From an uncultured Chloroflexia bacterium (GTDB lineage: Bacteria > Chloroflexota > UBA6077 > JACCZL01), in contig CAVXYC010000019.1 in the NCBI GenBank assembly GCA_963765765.1, forward strand, positions 1-64,000: DNA of 64,000 bases, in the 5' to 3' direction. Of this stretch, positions 31,485-41,774 are shown piece by piece. The translations under genes and the position numbers were made by a program. Numbering within the stretch: position 1 is the first letter of the stretch; every line of letters begins with the position of its first letter. The notes under the pieces were generated by a model. The model ran no database searches. It saw only the letters and a list, made by a program, of their open reading frames with translations, and had not been told where the DNA came from.

Positions 31485-32496
31485 ATGAAAGTAGTGGTCA
31501 CAGGCCTGATGGGTGCTCAGACGGACTATGAGCCAATCCGTGAGGCGGGACATGAGCTCGTCTTTGCCCTGCCCGCCGGGCCCGGACGTGGCACGCCGTT
31601 GAGCGATTCCGAGCTGATCGAGATCTGCCGTGATGCGGACGGGATTCTTTCGATGTCGCTCTCGGGTGAGGTGATGGCCAGCGCGCCGAATCTGCGTGCC
31701 GTGGTGGCTTCGGCCATTGGCTACGAGAAAATAGACGTCGAGTCCGCAACCAATCTCGGGATCCTCGTGTGCAATAGCCCGACGGCCGAGAACTTTGTAA
31801 GCGTCTCTGAGTCTACGGTGCTTCTGACGCTGGCGCTGCTCAAGCGGCTCAAGCGGAAGGAAGCTCGCATACGTGCGGGTGAGTGGGGCCAGGTGTCCGA
31901 TCGTGGTCACTTGCTGTGGAAGAAGACGGTGGGACTCATTGGATTGGGACGCACAGGCTCAGGCGTGGCTCAACGGCTGGCGGGCTGGGATGTGGAAGTC
32001 ATCGCATACGATCCATACCTCCCGGAAGGGCGGGCGCGTGAGCTAGGCGTGCGGCTGGTGGATCTCGATACGCTCCTGAGCGAATCAGACGTCGTGTCTC
32101 TGCATGTCGTCGTCACACCCGAGACGCGTGGCATGATCGGCGAGGCGCAGCTGCGTCGTATGAAGCCCTCGGCGTACCTGGTGAATACATCCCGCGGCGA
32201 GGCGATCGATGAAGTCGCGCTCGAGCACGCGATCAAGGAAGATTGGATAGCCGGCGCGGCGCTCGATACCTTCGACAAAGAGCCGCTTGGCGTTGGACAG
32301 TCCGTTGCGAGATCTGGATCCCGAGCGCATGCTGCTCACGCCACACAATGTTGCGCACACCATGGCGAGCCTGCACGCGAACCGAGAGCTGGCGATCCAG
32401 AGTCTACTTACCGCACTCAACGGTGAAGTGCCGCCTACGGTGGTAAACCCCGCGGCGATCGAGGCCTGGAGAGCGCGTATCGCGGCCCGCAATTGA
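31485..32496 (+). CDS. D-3-phosphoglycerate dehydrogenase-like 2-hydroxyacid dehydrogenase (frameshift near 32290)
   Basis: GLGRTG, AYDP, LVNTSRG, LDTFDKEP, LTPHNVAH. Confidence 0.85.
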
Positions 32497-32527
32497 TAGC
32501 CTGACTATTCGCATCCAAGTCTTCGCG

Positions 32528-32638
32528 AGAGGGACCCCACCCCAGCCCTCCCCGCTGCGGCAGGGAGGGAGCGGATTTAGAAAAGGGAAATCCGCTCCCT
32601 CCCTGCCGCAGCGGGGAGGGCTGGGGTGGGGTTCCTCT
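32528..32638. repeat. Paired CCCCACCCCAGCCCTCCCC-type REP (about 50-bp arms)
   Basis: AGAGGGACCCCACCCCAGCCCTCCCCGCTGCGGCAGGGAGGGAGCGGATTT and its near-perfect reverse complement. Confidence 0.8.
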
Positions 32639-32732
32639 ATCGGGATCCGAAGGATCCACGGGAAGCGTCTAGCCCGCGTGAAGAACTTACCGCTGGATGG
32701 AGCGCACAGTCGGCAAAACAGGAGGCACATTG

Positions 32733-33965
32733 ATGAACTTGAGAACCTCATCCACGCTACGGGTATTGGCACTCGGAATACTGCTCACGGGCTGCAGCCC
32801 CGCGGCCCCAGCGGCCTCGCCCACAGCAAAACCGGCCGCGCCTGCTGCCGCTCCCACTGCCGCGCCGAAGGCAGAAGCTCAGCCTGCCGCGGCCGCGCCA
32901 GCCGCGCCGAAGACTGATGCGCCCGCTGCTGCACCGAAGACGGATGGCTCTGCTGCCTGGAATCAGGTCCAGGAAGCGGCGAAACGAGAGAAGCTGGTCA
33001 TCGCCACCATGCCCGGCGAAAACGATAAGAAGCTGATGGCCATCTTCCAGAAGGCCTTTCCCGATATACAGGTGGAGCATACGGGCGCTCGACCGAGTGA
33101 CTTCTCACCCAAGCTCATCGCCGAGCAACAGAATGGCGTGTTCGCCTGGGACGTCATGGAGTCCAGCGGCACCAGCAACATGCACGAAGTGCTCTTGCCC
33201 ACGGATGCGTTCCAGGATCTCAAGCCATTTCTCATGCTGCCGGATGCTATGGACGACTCCAAGTGGGGCACCGGCAAGCTCGAGCTCTACACGTCGCCCC
33301 AGAAGCAGCACATCCTCATCCATGAGGTAAACCTCGGTAATGGCCTGTTCATCAATCGCGATTCGATCCCGGAGTCGGAGCTGAAGACACTCGATGACCT
33401 ACTCGACCCCAAGTGGCAGGGCAAGATGGTCGTCGATGATTGCACGGTGGCGGCTCAGGGCGCGGGGGTGCTCATCGGCCTCTGGCAGGCCAAGGGCGAG
33501 GCATGGGTACGTCAGCTCCTCAGCACGCAGAAACCCGTCTGGCAAGATACGGTGCGAATCACCACCGAGTGGGTGGCCACCGGTCGCTACCCGATCGGTC
33601 TGGGCGTTTCCGAGCCGGAGCTTAGCCGCCTCCAGGGTGATGGTGTCGGGAAAAACCTGAAGCAGCTCGACTACGGTGGCGGGAACATGGCCGCCAGCGG
33701 CGTAGGCGTATTCCGGAACGCTCCCAATCCCAACGCTGCGAAGCTCTTTGTGAACTGGTTTCTAAGCAAGGAGGGCCAGCAGGCCTGGGTGGACGCCTGG
33801 GAAGTGCCCACGCCTCGGAACAGTCGTCGGCTGGATGTGCCGGTGAAGAACCAGGCCGCATTCCCGGATTACGCGAATCTGAGCAAGTACGCGCTCTGGG
33901 GCACCGACAGCGGAACCGAGATCGTCAAGAAGGTCACGGGAATGTGCAAGGAGCTGCGTCCTTAA
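32733..33965 (+). CDS. ABC substrate-binding lipoprotein (FbpA/AfuA-like)
   Basis: LTGC lipobox, LLDPKWQGK, APNPNAAKLFVNWFLSKEGQ. Confidence 0.85.
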   Translation: MNLRTSSTLRVLALGILLTGCSPAAPAASPTAKPAAPAAAPTAAPKAEAQPAAAAPAAPKTDAPAAAPKTDGSAAWNQVQEAAKREKLVIATMPGENDKKLMAIFQKAFPDIQVEHTGARPSDFSPKLIAEQQNGVFAWDVMESSGTSNMHEVLLPTDAFQDLKPFLMLPDAMDDSKWGTGKLELYTSPQKQHILIHEVNLGNGLFINRDSIPESELKTLDDLLDPKWQGKMVVDDCTVAAQGAGVLIGLWQAKGEAWVRQLLSTQKPVWQDTVRITTEWVATGRYPIGLGVSEPELSRLQGDGVGKNLKQLDYGGGNMAASGVGVFRNAPNPNAAKLFVNWFLSKEGQQAWVDAWEVPTPRNSRRLDVPVKNQAAFPDYANLSKYALWGTDSGTEIVKKVTGMCKELRP

Positions 33966-33980
33966 CTGTCGACCGGAACT

Positions 33981-34107
33981 TTATCCGCAGATTCACGCAG
34001 ATTCACACGGATTACGTTGGGACTAGTGAAGGTGAGCTGACCTGATCAAGATTCGGCATCACGCTCCTAAAGTAATCTGCGGAAATCTGCGTGAATCTGC
34101 GGATGAA
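33981..34107. repeat. Inverted array of CGCAGATT decamer units
   Basis: ATCCGCAGATTCACGCAGATTCACACGGATT / AATCTGCGGAAATCTGCGTGAATCTGCGGAT between convergent genes. Confidence 0.75.
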
Positions 34108-34111
34108 CGCT

Positions 34112-35081
34112 TTAGATCTTGAACAGCTCCCGAGCGTTGCCGCTGTAGATCATCTCCTTCTCCGCGTTGGAGGTGTGCGGCAGTGACGCGATGGTCTTCA
34201 CCGGCTCGATATCGTGCATGTCATATGGGTAGTCCGTGCCCAGCATGACGCGTTCTGGCCCCATGGTCTCCACGAGGTAATTGAGCGCGGGTACAGAATG
34301 GGTGAGCGAATCAAAGTAGAGCAAGCCCATGTATTCGCTGGGCGGGTTCTGAATGTTGACCTTGCCCTCCGGACGTACGTGCCAGCCGTGCTCCCAGCGA
34401 CCACGCAGATAAGGGCACGTTCCGCCACCATGAGCCAGGTAGAACTTGATCCGCGGGAACTCCTTGAGCACTCCGCCGAAGATCAGGCTCGCCGCTGCCA
34501 CGGCTGTGTCAGTCGGATTCCCAATCAAGTTGGCCAGGTGATATTTGTCGAGTCGGTCCTGCCCCAGAACGTTCGTGGGATGAAGAAACGCGGGTACGTC
34601 CAGCTCCACCATTTTTGCCCAGAAGGGAGCCAGGCTCGGGTGATCCAGATTCATCCCCTCGACGTTGGTGGACATCTCAAGACCGCGCATGCCCAGATCT
34701 CTTCACGCCTCGCTCGAGCTCGCGCGCGGCCATCTCGGGGTCCTGAAGTGGGACGTTTGCGATGGCACGAAAGCGCGATGGATTGTCCTGGGCGATCTCC
34801 GCCAGGGCATTGTTCAAGCTCTGACAGGCCGCGAGCGCGGTTGCTGGTTCGAGCCGATAAAGGAAGAGACCGGGCGCCACCGAGAGGACCTGCATGTCCA
34901 CGCCCTCGCGATCCATCTCTTCCAACCGCTTGTCCAGGCTCGTGATTGTGTCGCCGATGTAGGCGGGGCCGCGATCGGTGCGGTGCAGCACCTCGTCTGA
35001 GCCATCGCGGGTGATGTGAACGTCATTGCCGCCCACATAGAACTTCTCCGGAATGCAGTGCGCATGCACGTCGATCTTCAT
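34112..35081 (-). CDS. Amidohydrolase_2, ACMSD-like decarboxylase (frameshift near 34700)
   Basis: IDVHAH, VPLQDP, FLHP, LAHGGG, GTDYPYDM. Confidence 0.85.
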
Positions 35082-35172
35082 CAAGCACACTCCTTTGTGG
35101 CGTGACGCCGATCATAGCGCGCGGAACGGAGAGGAGTTAAGGGGTGAAGTGAAAAGTGAAGATCAAGCTTCT

Positions 35173-36924
35173 TCACTTTTCAATTCTCGCAGCCTCCTGA
35201 GCTCGTGCTTCAGCTCCCACACCCAGCCGAACACCAAATAGCCGTGCCGCAATGGCGACACCCAGGGTGAGGATCAGCACGCAGCAGGACAAGACCGAGG
35301 CAACTTCGAATTTTCCTTCAGTGATGTAGTCGAGCTGCAGCATCGAGAGCGGACGGTTCGAGGTGACCGAGAGGAGCGACACCTGCGAGATATTCCGAGC
35401 AGCACCGATGAACTCGATCAGCGCAATGACGATGAGCGCCGGGGCCATGAGCGGCAGCACCACGCGCGTATACGTGTGCAGCCAGTTACCTCCTGTTACC
35501 CACGATGCCTCTTCCAGCTCATTCCCAAGCTGCATCAGATTGGTTTTGAGGAGCTGAACGGCCAACGGCATGCCAGCGATGAGGCCCGCGATGATGAGGC
35601 TTGGGATGCTGCCGTAGAGCGGCCGGAAGAACGGCTGAAGAAACATGCTGAGCAGTGCCAGGCTCAGCAAGATGCCCGGAATGGTGTAGGGAAGCCAGCT
35701 TAGAAGATCGAGCGCACCACGTCCGAAGAATCTCGTTCGAATCACGACGTAGGCAATTATTGAGAAGATGATTACAGAGGCGAACGCACTTCCGAAAGCA
35801 AGCATCAACGTGTTTTGAAGTGATCGGAGGAGCAACGGATCCCGCAGTGCACGTGCCCAGTTATTCCACGTCCATGGATCGGCAATGTTAAAGAACCCGA
35901 AGATCTTCATGAATGTGCCCATGACAGAGAGCACCAGGGGAACTGCGACGACGAGCACCACGATGGCGGTAAGAAGTGCAACTGCCGGCCACTTCCAGCT
36001 GCCAAGCTGCATGACCTGACTCTGATATTGACCGGTGACCGTCGTATATCGACGTGTTCCGACCATGCGGCGCTGCAGGAAGATCAGCCCCGCCATGACA
36101 ATGAGCGCGGTTACTCCGAGCGCTGCCGCGGGCCCATAACGCGGCTCCGCCTGCAGGACTTCGTCATAGATGATCGTGGAGATCACATAAAAGCCGCGTG
36201 GCGTACCGAGAATTCGCTCGATCTCAAATGACTCGAGCGATCGGATGAAAGAGAGAAACTCCACGGCCAGAATGGCCGGGAGCATGATGGGCAGGACAAT
36301 GCGTCCAAGCGTACCCAGGGCGCTCGCACCGGTGATGCGTGAAGCCTCTTCAAACGATGCATTCATATTGCGAAAGATCGGCGTGAACAGCATCACTTTG
36401 AAGCTGAGCCCGTGTGCAATCGTGTGGGCCCAGACGATGCCCCAGAAAGAATAGATGCTAAAGACTGGCAAGCCGAGGCGTGTGAGAGCCTGGTTGATGA
36501 GCCCGTACTCGGGGTCGAGCAGGAGAAGCCAGCTCAGGACCACGGTCAGTGTGGGCATGAAGAAGGAGATCCAGAACGCGAATTCGAACCAATGACGGCC
36601 GGGCAAATTGGTTCGAGCCAGCAGCCACGCGAGGAAGATGGCTGCTGGCAGGGCAATGACCTCGCGGGCCAGGCTCAGGTTCAGCGTATTCATCGCCGCC
36701 TGGCGTAACCCTTGCTCTCGGAACAGCGTTGCCCAGCCGTCCAGGCCATAGCGGGCGGCCTCCCCCGGCTGGGATACATCGAAGCTCTGCAGCACCACTC
36801 GGTAGATGGGGTACAGCACGACAAACGCGACAATCGCCAGCAGGCCGGTGGTGAAGACAGTCTGCGGCTTTATCCGCCGCCAGATGGGACCCGACGGGGC
36901 GCGAGGGACGGCGATTGTGGCCAT
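35173..36924 (-). CDS. ABC transporter permease, FbpB-type
   Basis: Two EAA motifs (FEEASRITGA, LEEASWVTGG); paralog of 7298-9040. Confidence 0.9.
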   Translation of the reverse strand: MATIAVPRAPSGPIWRRIKPQTVFTTGLLAIVAFVVLYPIYRVVLQSFDVSQPGEAARYGLDGWATLFREQGLRQAAMNTLNLSLAREVIALPAAIFLAWLLARTNLPGRHWFEFAFWISFFMPTLTVVLSWLLLLDPEYGLINQALTRLGLPVFSIYSFWGIVWAHTIAHGLSFKVMLFTPIFRNMNASFEEASRITGASALGTLGRIVLPIMLPAILAVEFLSFIRSLESFEIERILGTPRGFYVISTIIYDEVLQAEPRYGPAAALGVTALIVMAGLIFLQRRMVGTRRYTTVTGQYQSQVMQLGSWKWPAVALLTAIVVLVVAVPLVLSVMGTFMKIFGFFNIADPWTWNNWARALRDPLLLRSLQNTLMLAFGSAFASVIIFSIIAYVVIRTRFFGRGALDLLSWLPYTIPGILLSLALLSMFLQPFFRPLYGSIPSLIIAGLIAGMPLAVQLLKTNLMQLGNELEEASWVTGGNWLHTYTRVVLPLMAPALIVIALIEFIGAARNISQVSLLSVTSNRPLSMLQLDYITEGKFEVASVLSCCVLILTLGVAIAARLFGVRLGVGAEARAQEAARIEK

Positions 36925-36960
36925 GCCTACCTCCAGGAGCCACGTTGAGCCTCGACGGGC

Positions 36961-38151
36961 TCAGCGTGGCAGTAGCGTGCGGATGAAGTCTCTTGTGTCC
37001 ACCTTGTTCTTGTCGTTCACTTCCGCCTGGAAGTTGTACGTGGTCTCGGCAGGCGCCTGTCTATCCGGCCGTGCCGCCGGAACGTCCGTGCGTCCACTGT
37101 TCTTCTCGAGCTCCTTCGACCAGGACGCCTGCCCCTCCTGTGTGAGGCACCAATTAATGAATAGCTTGCCAGCATTGGGGTGCGGAGCTTTGCTGACGCT
37201 CCACAGACAGTCGGCGGGATCCACGGCTAGAAGCTCTTTGAATACCAGTAGCTTGACATTTGTTCCTGCGCCTTGCTGCTGGAAGTCGTTCAGGATGTCT
37301 TCGTTGATCCCCCCAAATGAGATCGCGTAGCGGCCGCGGACCATGAACTCGGTGTTCTGCCGATCGTCAGTTCCAAACGACGGGTCCATCTCAGCGTAGA
37401 AGCGTTTGATGAGATCGTCTGCCCTCGGTCCGAGGTTCTCACGCACGACCGACATCGAGATGTAGCCCGCGCCCTCCGTCCGTGGGTCTTTCTGAAGAAT
37501 CTTGCCCTTCCACTTGGGATCGAGGATGTCTTCGAACTTCGTAATCTCGCCTTCCTTCACCATGTCCGTATTCACGAACAGGATCGGGTACATATCGGCG
37601 CCGAATCCGAAGTACCAGCGCTGCTCCAGATCAAGGAAATGGGACTTGTAACCGCCGAGCCACTTGCTATCGTCGGTGACGTCGGTGCGGAAAATAGCAT
37701 CGGTAAGGGGCTCGAATGCTCCCATAGGCCGCAAGATGCGTCCAACCGAGCCCGGCGAAGACACCGCTACGTCATAACTGAAGATGCCCGCCTCTCGCTC
37801 GCTCTTGGCTCGCGCCGCGAAATCGCTCCCACGCAGCGGCGAATGCTCAATGGCGATGCCAGGGAATGTTTGCTGGAAGGTGTCGAGCCATCGGCGGAAG
37901 CCCGTGCCCAACGGAGTCTGAATGTTGAGCGTGCCCTCTTTCTGGGCCGCGGCAACAAGCTCGCTCCACTCCTTCGCCCACGGCGCGTCGGCCGGAGCGC
38001 TCGCGCCGGTGGAAGCTGAGGAGCCCCCCGAAGGCGCCCCGGCGGCACAAGCCACGGCCAATCCGGCGGCAGCTGAAAGCCCGATGACCCGCAGGGCTTC
38101 TCGGCGGGAGATCACTCCCGAGAGCTTCTGATCGAACGTCAAGCGTCGCAT
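36961..38151 (-). CDS. ABC substrate-binding lipoprotein, Tat-type signal (FbpA/AfuA-like)
   Basis: SRREAL twin-Arg plus VAC lipobox; ILDPKWKGK, APHPNAGKLFINW. Confidence 0.85.
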   Translation of the reverse strand: MRRLTFDQKLSGVISRREALRVIGLSAAAGLAVACAAGAPSGGSSASTGASAPADAPWAKEWSELVAAAQKEGTLNIQTPLGTGFRRWLDTFQQTFPGIAIEHSPLRGSDFAARAKSEREAGIFSYDVAVSSPGSVGRILRPMGAFEPLTDAIFRTDVTDDSKWLGGYKSHFLDLEQRWYFGFGADMYPILFVNTDMVKEGEITKFEDILDPKWKGKILQKDPRTEGAGYISMSVVRENLGPRADDLIKRFYAEMDPSFGTDDRQNTEFMVRGRYAISFGGINEDILNDFQQQGAGTNVKLLVFKELLAVDPADCLWSVSKAPHPNAGKLFINWCLTQEGQASWSKELEKNSGRTDVPAARPDRQAPAETTYNFQAEVNDKNKVDTRDFIRTLLPR

Positions 38152-38396
38152 GGCTCCTCCTTCGTCGCTGCCGCGTCTCCTTCAGAGGTGGCAGGCGTGT
38201 CGGGGTGTCGGTGCTCTGTGCGTGGTTAAACGATGACGACTGGATCTAAGGCTTCAATCCCTTCTGGCAACTATTCTAGGCCCGGAACAGGATGTCCACA
38301 AATGATTCTGGCGGGCGGAGGAGAGCTACCTTGGGCCGCGGCTGGAAGAGATATCGGTGGCGTTGTTCCCGAATGGAAATCGCCGGGCGCCAGCCT

Positions 38397-38495
38397 TTTG
38401 GACTGCCGCGGTCTTCGCCGCCTTCTACAAACGCGGAGCGCGTCCGCTATCGGCTTCCAGCGGCTCCAAAGCGGCGAAGACCGTCGCAGTCCAAA
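38397..38495. repeat. TTTGGACTGC-type palindromic repeat doublet
   Basis: TTTGGACTGCCGCGGTCTTCGCCGC / GCGGCGAAGACCGTCGCAGTCCAAA. Confidence 0.65.
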
Positions 38496-38583
38496 CATCA
38501 GAGGTGCAGGGTCGCAGGGGAATGAAAAGACGGCGAATCATGCTGAAGGCGGCCGAGCACTCTGGAATGACCTCCCAAAAGCA

Positions 38584-38613
38584 AGAGCCGCCTTCGGCAC
38601 TGAAGGCGGCTCT
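38584..38613 (-). terminator. Hairpin downstream of the STAND gene
   Basis: AGAGCCGCCTTC ... GAAGGCGGCTCT followed by TGCTTTT on the minus strand. Confidence 0.55.
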
Positions 38614-38626
38614 CTGCTGGTCGAGG

Positions 38627-41272
38627 CTAGACCCGGATCGAAGCGGTTAAGGCCATATCGATGATGTCATCAAGCGCCGCAGTCGCTCCCTCGGCGTGGA
38701 GTCGTTGGAACTCCTGCTGACCCAGCGCCTCGCGGAGCGCCGCGATGGCCTGATCGTGGTGCGGCTGCTCCAGGTAGAAGATCGTGATGCCGTGCGTTTC
38801 CCGAAGCTGGTCGGAAGCGCCGAAGAGTCGAGCGGCATGCTGTAGCTCACCACGAATTTGAGCGATCATGGCTAATCCGTCAAGCGCTCTCGAGGTAAAC
38901 ATCGGGTCGCCTACCTCGCGCAGGATCGCCAGGCCCTCGCTGAAACGCCCGGCCGCCTCGTCTATGCTACCCGCCCTGAACGCCAGATGCCCCAGGCGTA
39001 CTGTTGGAGCCGCGACGCCCCAGCTATCGCCATGCTCGCGGTAGCATGCAACCGCATCGAGGAGAGATTCGCGACCTTCTTCCTGACGTCCCTGCGCGTC
39101 ATATATCACGCCAGCAATGAACTTAGCGCCAGCCATGCCCCACGAATCCTCGGCTTCCAGAAGACGTGCCTGGCCTTCGTCCATGATGGCTACTGCCTTC
39201 TCAGGGTCTCCACCGAACTGAGTAAAGATGGCCAGCCAGATGAGCGCCTTGCCCATCAGAAACGAATTAGCCAGGACACGGCCGACGTTCGCACACTCGG
39301 TCTGCCAGCGTGCGGCCGCGGCATAGTCGCCGCGGAGATACGCAAGGATGCCGAGACCGTAGAGCACTTGTCCGCGTGCCATGCTGGGCTCCGCGGCAGC
39401 CGGGGTGGTGAGCAATCGTTCCAGCCAGTACGCCCCCTCGTTCGTTTGCCCGCGTTGAAACCAGTACCAGGAGATAGCTCCTCCTAGAGATAGGCCGATC
39501 TCCGGGTCTCCCGAAGGGCCCAAGCTCCATTCCAAGGCGGATCGGATGTTGCCGTAATCCGCATCAAGTCGCGCAAACCATTCGAGCTGCTCGGCGCCAC
39601 GCAGCCCTATCTCGGAGGTCACCACCATGTCACGGAAGTACTGGCCATGTCGTCGCTGGAGGGCCGCGTGGTTCTCGGGATCAAGGAGCTCGAGCGCAAA
39701 CTCGCGAATCGTCTCCAGCATCGTGAAGCGCGGCTCCGCGCCGTCACGCGTCACTGAGCGGATGAGACTCTTGTCGAGCAGTGACACGCTGAGATCGATG
39801 ACCTGACTGCGTTCCTCATCGTTGGCGGGCACGATGGCCTCGGCGGACTCCAGCGTGCATCCACCGGTAAAGACCGCCAGACGCAGAAAGGCCACTTTCT
39901 CCACTGGGTCCAGCAAGTCATAACTCCATGCGATGGTGTCGCGTAGCGTCTGCTGCCGTGTTGGTAGATCGCGTGGTCCACGCGTGAGGAGTGTGAGCCG
40001 ATGATCCAGTCTCGAGAGAATTTGCTGCGGTGAAAGCACGTTGATGCGTGCAGCAGCTAACTCTAGCGCAAGAGGCAGCCCGTCGAGTCGGCGGCAGATC
40101 TCCGCGATCGTCTTTCCATTTGCATTGGTTAGCTCGAAATCAGGCTTCACGGCCCGCGCCGTATGTACGAACAGTGCTACGGAAGGGCTGGCTCGTAGTA
40201 CCTCAAGGTGCTCTTCCTGGCGGGCGGAGGGCAACTCGAGCGGAGGCACGGGGTAGTCGAATTCGCCGGAAAGCTGAAGCGTGGCGCGGCTGGTCACCAG
40301 GACCTTGAGCCGCGGCGACGCACTGAGCAGCTCCGCGATGCACGGCGCCGCGGGGAGCACGTGCTCAAAGTTGTCCAGAATGAGCAGCGCGTGCGATTCT
40401 CGCAAGCCGTCCTTTAGCAGATCGATCGCCGAACGACTGCCGCCCTCCCGAAGTCCCAATGAGCTGAGAATCGCCGAAGGAACGTAGTCGGGCTCAGTGA
40501 CCGGAACCAAATTTACAAACGTGACCCCCTCGCTCAGCTCGTGGGCAAGCTCCATACCGAGCTGCGTTGCGAGCCGCGTTTTGCCGGACCCGCCGGGACC
40601 GGTGAGCGTAACCAGACGGACTTCCGGACGCCGTAACATGGACTTGATCCCATGCAGATCGTTGGATCGTCCAATGAGGTCCGTTCGCGGCGTTGGAAGG
40701 CCGCGCGCACCAATGGCGGCCTCGGATGCGTCTAGATCGGCCGTCACCAGACCAGGCGCTACGAGCTCAAAAATGCGCTCCTGCCGCTCGATCCCACGCA
40801 GCCGCCGAGTACCAAGGTGACGGACCTTGATTGTTTCCGGCAGCACGTCATTCGCCAGTGTGGAGGTTGTCCGCGAAACCAGCACCTGGCCGCCCTGAGC
40901 CAGCTCGAGTATCCGCGCAACGTGGTTCATTGGAGGGCCGAAGTAATCGCCATCGCGCTCGGACGGAGTGCCTGTGTGAACCGCCATCCGCACCCGTGGT
41001 TGATCGGTACGGAACTGGTCATCTGCATGTAGTGCGGCCTGGCAATCGAACGCCGCCAGAAGCGCATCGAGCGGGGAAGCAAACGCGGCATATAGCGCGT
41101 CCCCGACCGTCTTAAATACGCGGCCGGCACGCGCCTCGATGGCTTGCCGCATGATGGTTAGATAGCGTGCCACCGCGTCGGCCATGGCCCGTGGTTCGGA
41201 CTCCCATTCGGGCGCGCTATCCACGATGTTGCTGAGGAGGAACGTGACCGTTCCGTGGGGGAGATTTTCCAT
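38627..41272 (-). CDS. Class III nucleotide cyclase-like domain + NB-ARC/STAND ATPase + TPR repeats
   Basis: KTVGD, RVRMAVHTG, YFGPPMNHVAR; Walker A GPGGSGKT; LILDNFEH; LDGLPLALELAA; TPR helices. Confidence 0.88.
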   Translation of the reverse strand: MENLPHGTVTFLLSNIVDSAPEWESEPRAMADAVARYLTIMRQAIEARAGRVFKTVGDALYAAFASPLDALLAAFDCQAALHADDQFRTDQPRVRMAVHTGTPSERDGDYFGPPMNHVARILELAQGGQVLVSRTTSTLANDVLPETIKVRHLGTRRLRGIERQERIFELVAPGLVTADLDASEAAIGARGLPTPRTDLIGRSNDLHGIKSMLRRPEVRLVTLTGPGGSGKTRLATQLGMELAHELSEGVTFVNLVPVTEPDYVPSAILSSLGLREGGSRSAIDLLKDGLRESHALLILDNFEHVLPAAPCIAELLSASPRLKVLVTSRATLQLSGEFDYPVPPLELPSARQEEHLEVLRASPSVALFVHTARAVKPDFELTNANGKTIAEICRRLDGLPLALELAAARINVLSPQQILSRLDHRLTLLTRGPRDLPTRQQTLRDTIAWSYDLLDPVEKVAFLRLAVFTGGCTLESAEAIVPANDEERSQVIDLSVSLLDKSLIRSVTRDGAEPRFTMLETIREFALELLDPENHAALQRRHGQYFRDMVVTSEIGLRGAEQLEWFARLDADYGNIRSALEWSLGPSGDPEIGLSLGGAISWYWFQRGQTNEGAYWLERLLTTPAAAEPSMARGQVLYGLGILAYLRGDYAAAARWQTECANVGRVLANSFLMGKALIWLAIFTQFGGDPEKAVAIMDEGQARLLEAEDSWGMAGAKFIAGVIYDAQGRQEEGRESLLDAVACYREHGDSWGVAAPTVRLGHLAFRAGSIDEAAGRFSEGLAILREVGDPMFTSRALDGLAMIAQIRGELQHAARLFGASDQLRETHGITIFYLEQPHHDQAIAALREALGQQEFQRLHAEGATAALDDIIDMALTASIRV

Positions 41273-41683
41273 CTGCTGCTGGAGAGTTATCGCGGGCCTG
41301 AAGGTACAGCTTTGATAAGGCTAGAGTACAGCATGACAAGGCATTCCATGCCTGGGTACCGGCAACTTTGCCTAAATCTAAGCGCGACAGGAACGATTGG
41401 CGATGAAGGCGTTCTTCCGAACCATGCGAGGTCATTGCTCGGCACGCGCTGTTTCAGCCCCGTACCTCAACGCGTATTCCGGGCTGCCTACATGATCACT
41501 CGCCAAATCCTGCGATGACTTTATCAACCAATCGACACGTCTCGTCGGCCCACTGAATGACGGCGGTGGCCACACTCAAAACGGATTAGACCTCGCCATC
41601 GTGAGCGGCACGCGACGAATGAATCGAGCTCACCATAGCAGGTTTACACGGGAGCGGCCTTCAGTTAGAACCTGCCCAATTGC

Positions 41684-41712
41684 TTGACCGTCAGATGGTT
41701 GCGCGGTAGATT
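41684..41712 (+). promoter_or_regulatory. Sigma70-type promoter
   Basis: TTGACC-17 bp-TAGATT upstream of the amidohydrolase-cupin unit. Confidence 0.55.
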
Positions 41713-41774
41713 GTTGGACCAGCGAGACACACCTACGGAACACAACGTATTCAACACATGAGGGAGGGATCCAG

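Noticed and set aside
33981-34107. CRISPR-like repeats here and at 23507, 25407 and 58526
   Set aside because: Short tandem or inverted units without regular unique spacers; no cas genes in the window
41395-41430. GGCGATG motif resembling a fluoride riboswitch
   Set aside because: The rest of the consensus and a fluoride-related downstream gene are absent
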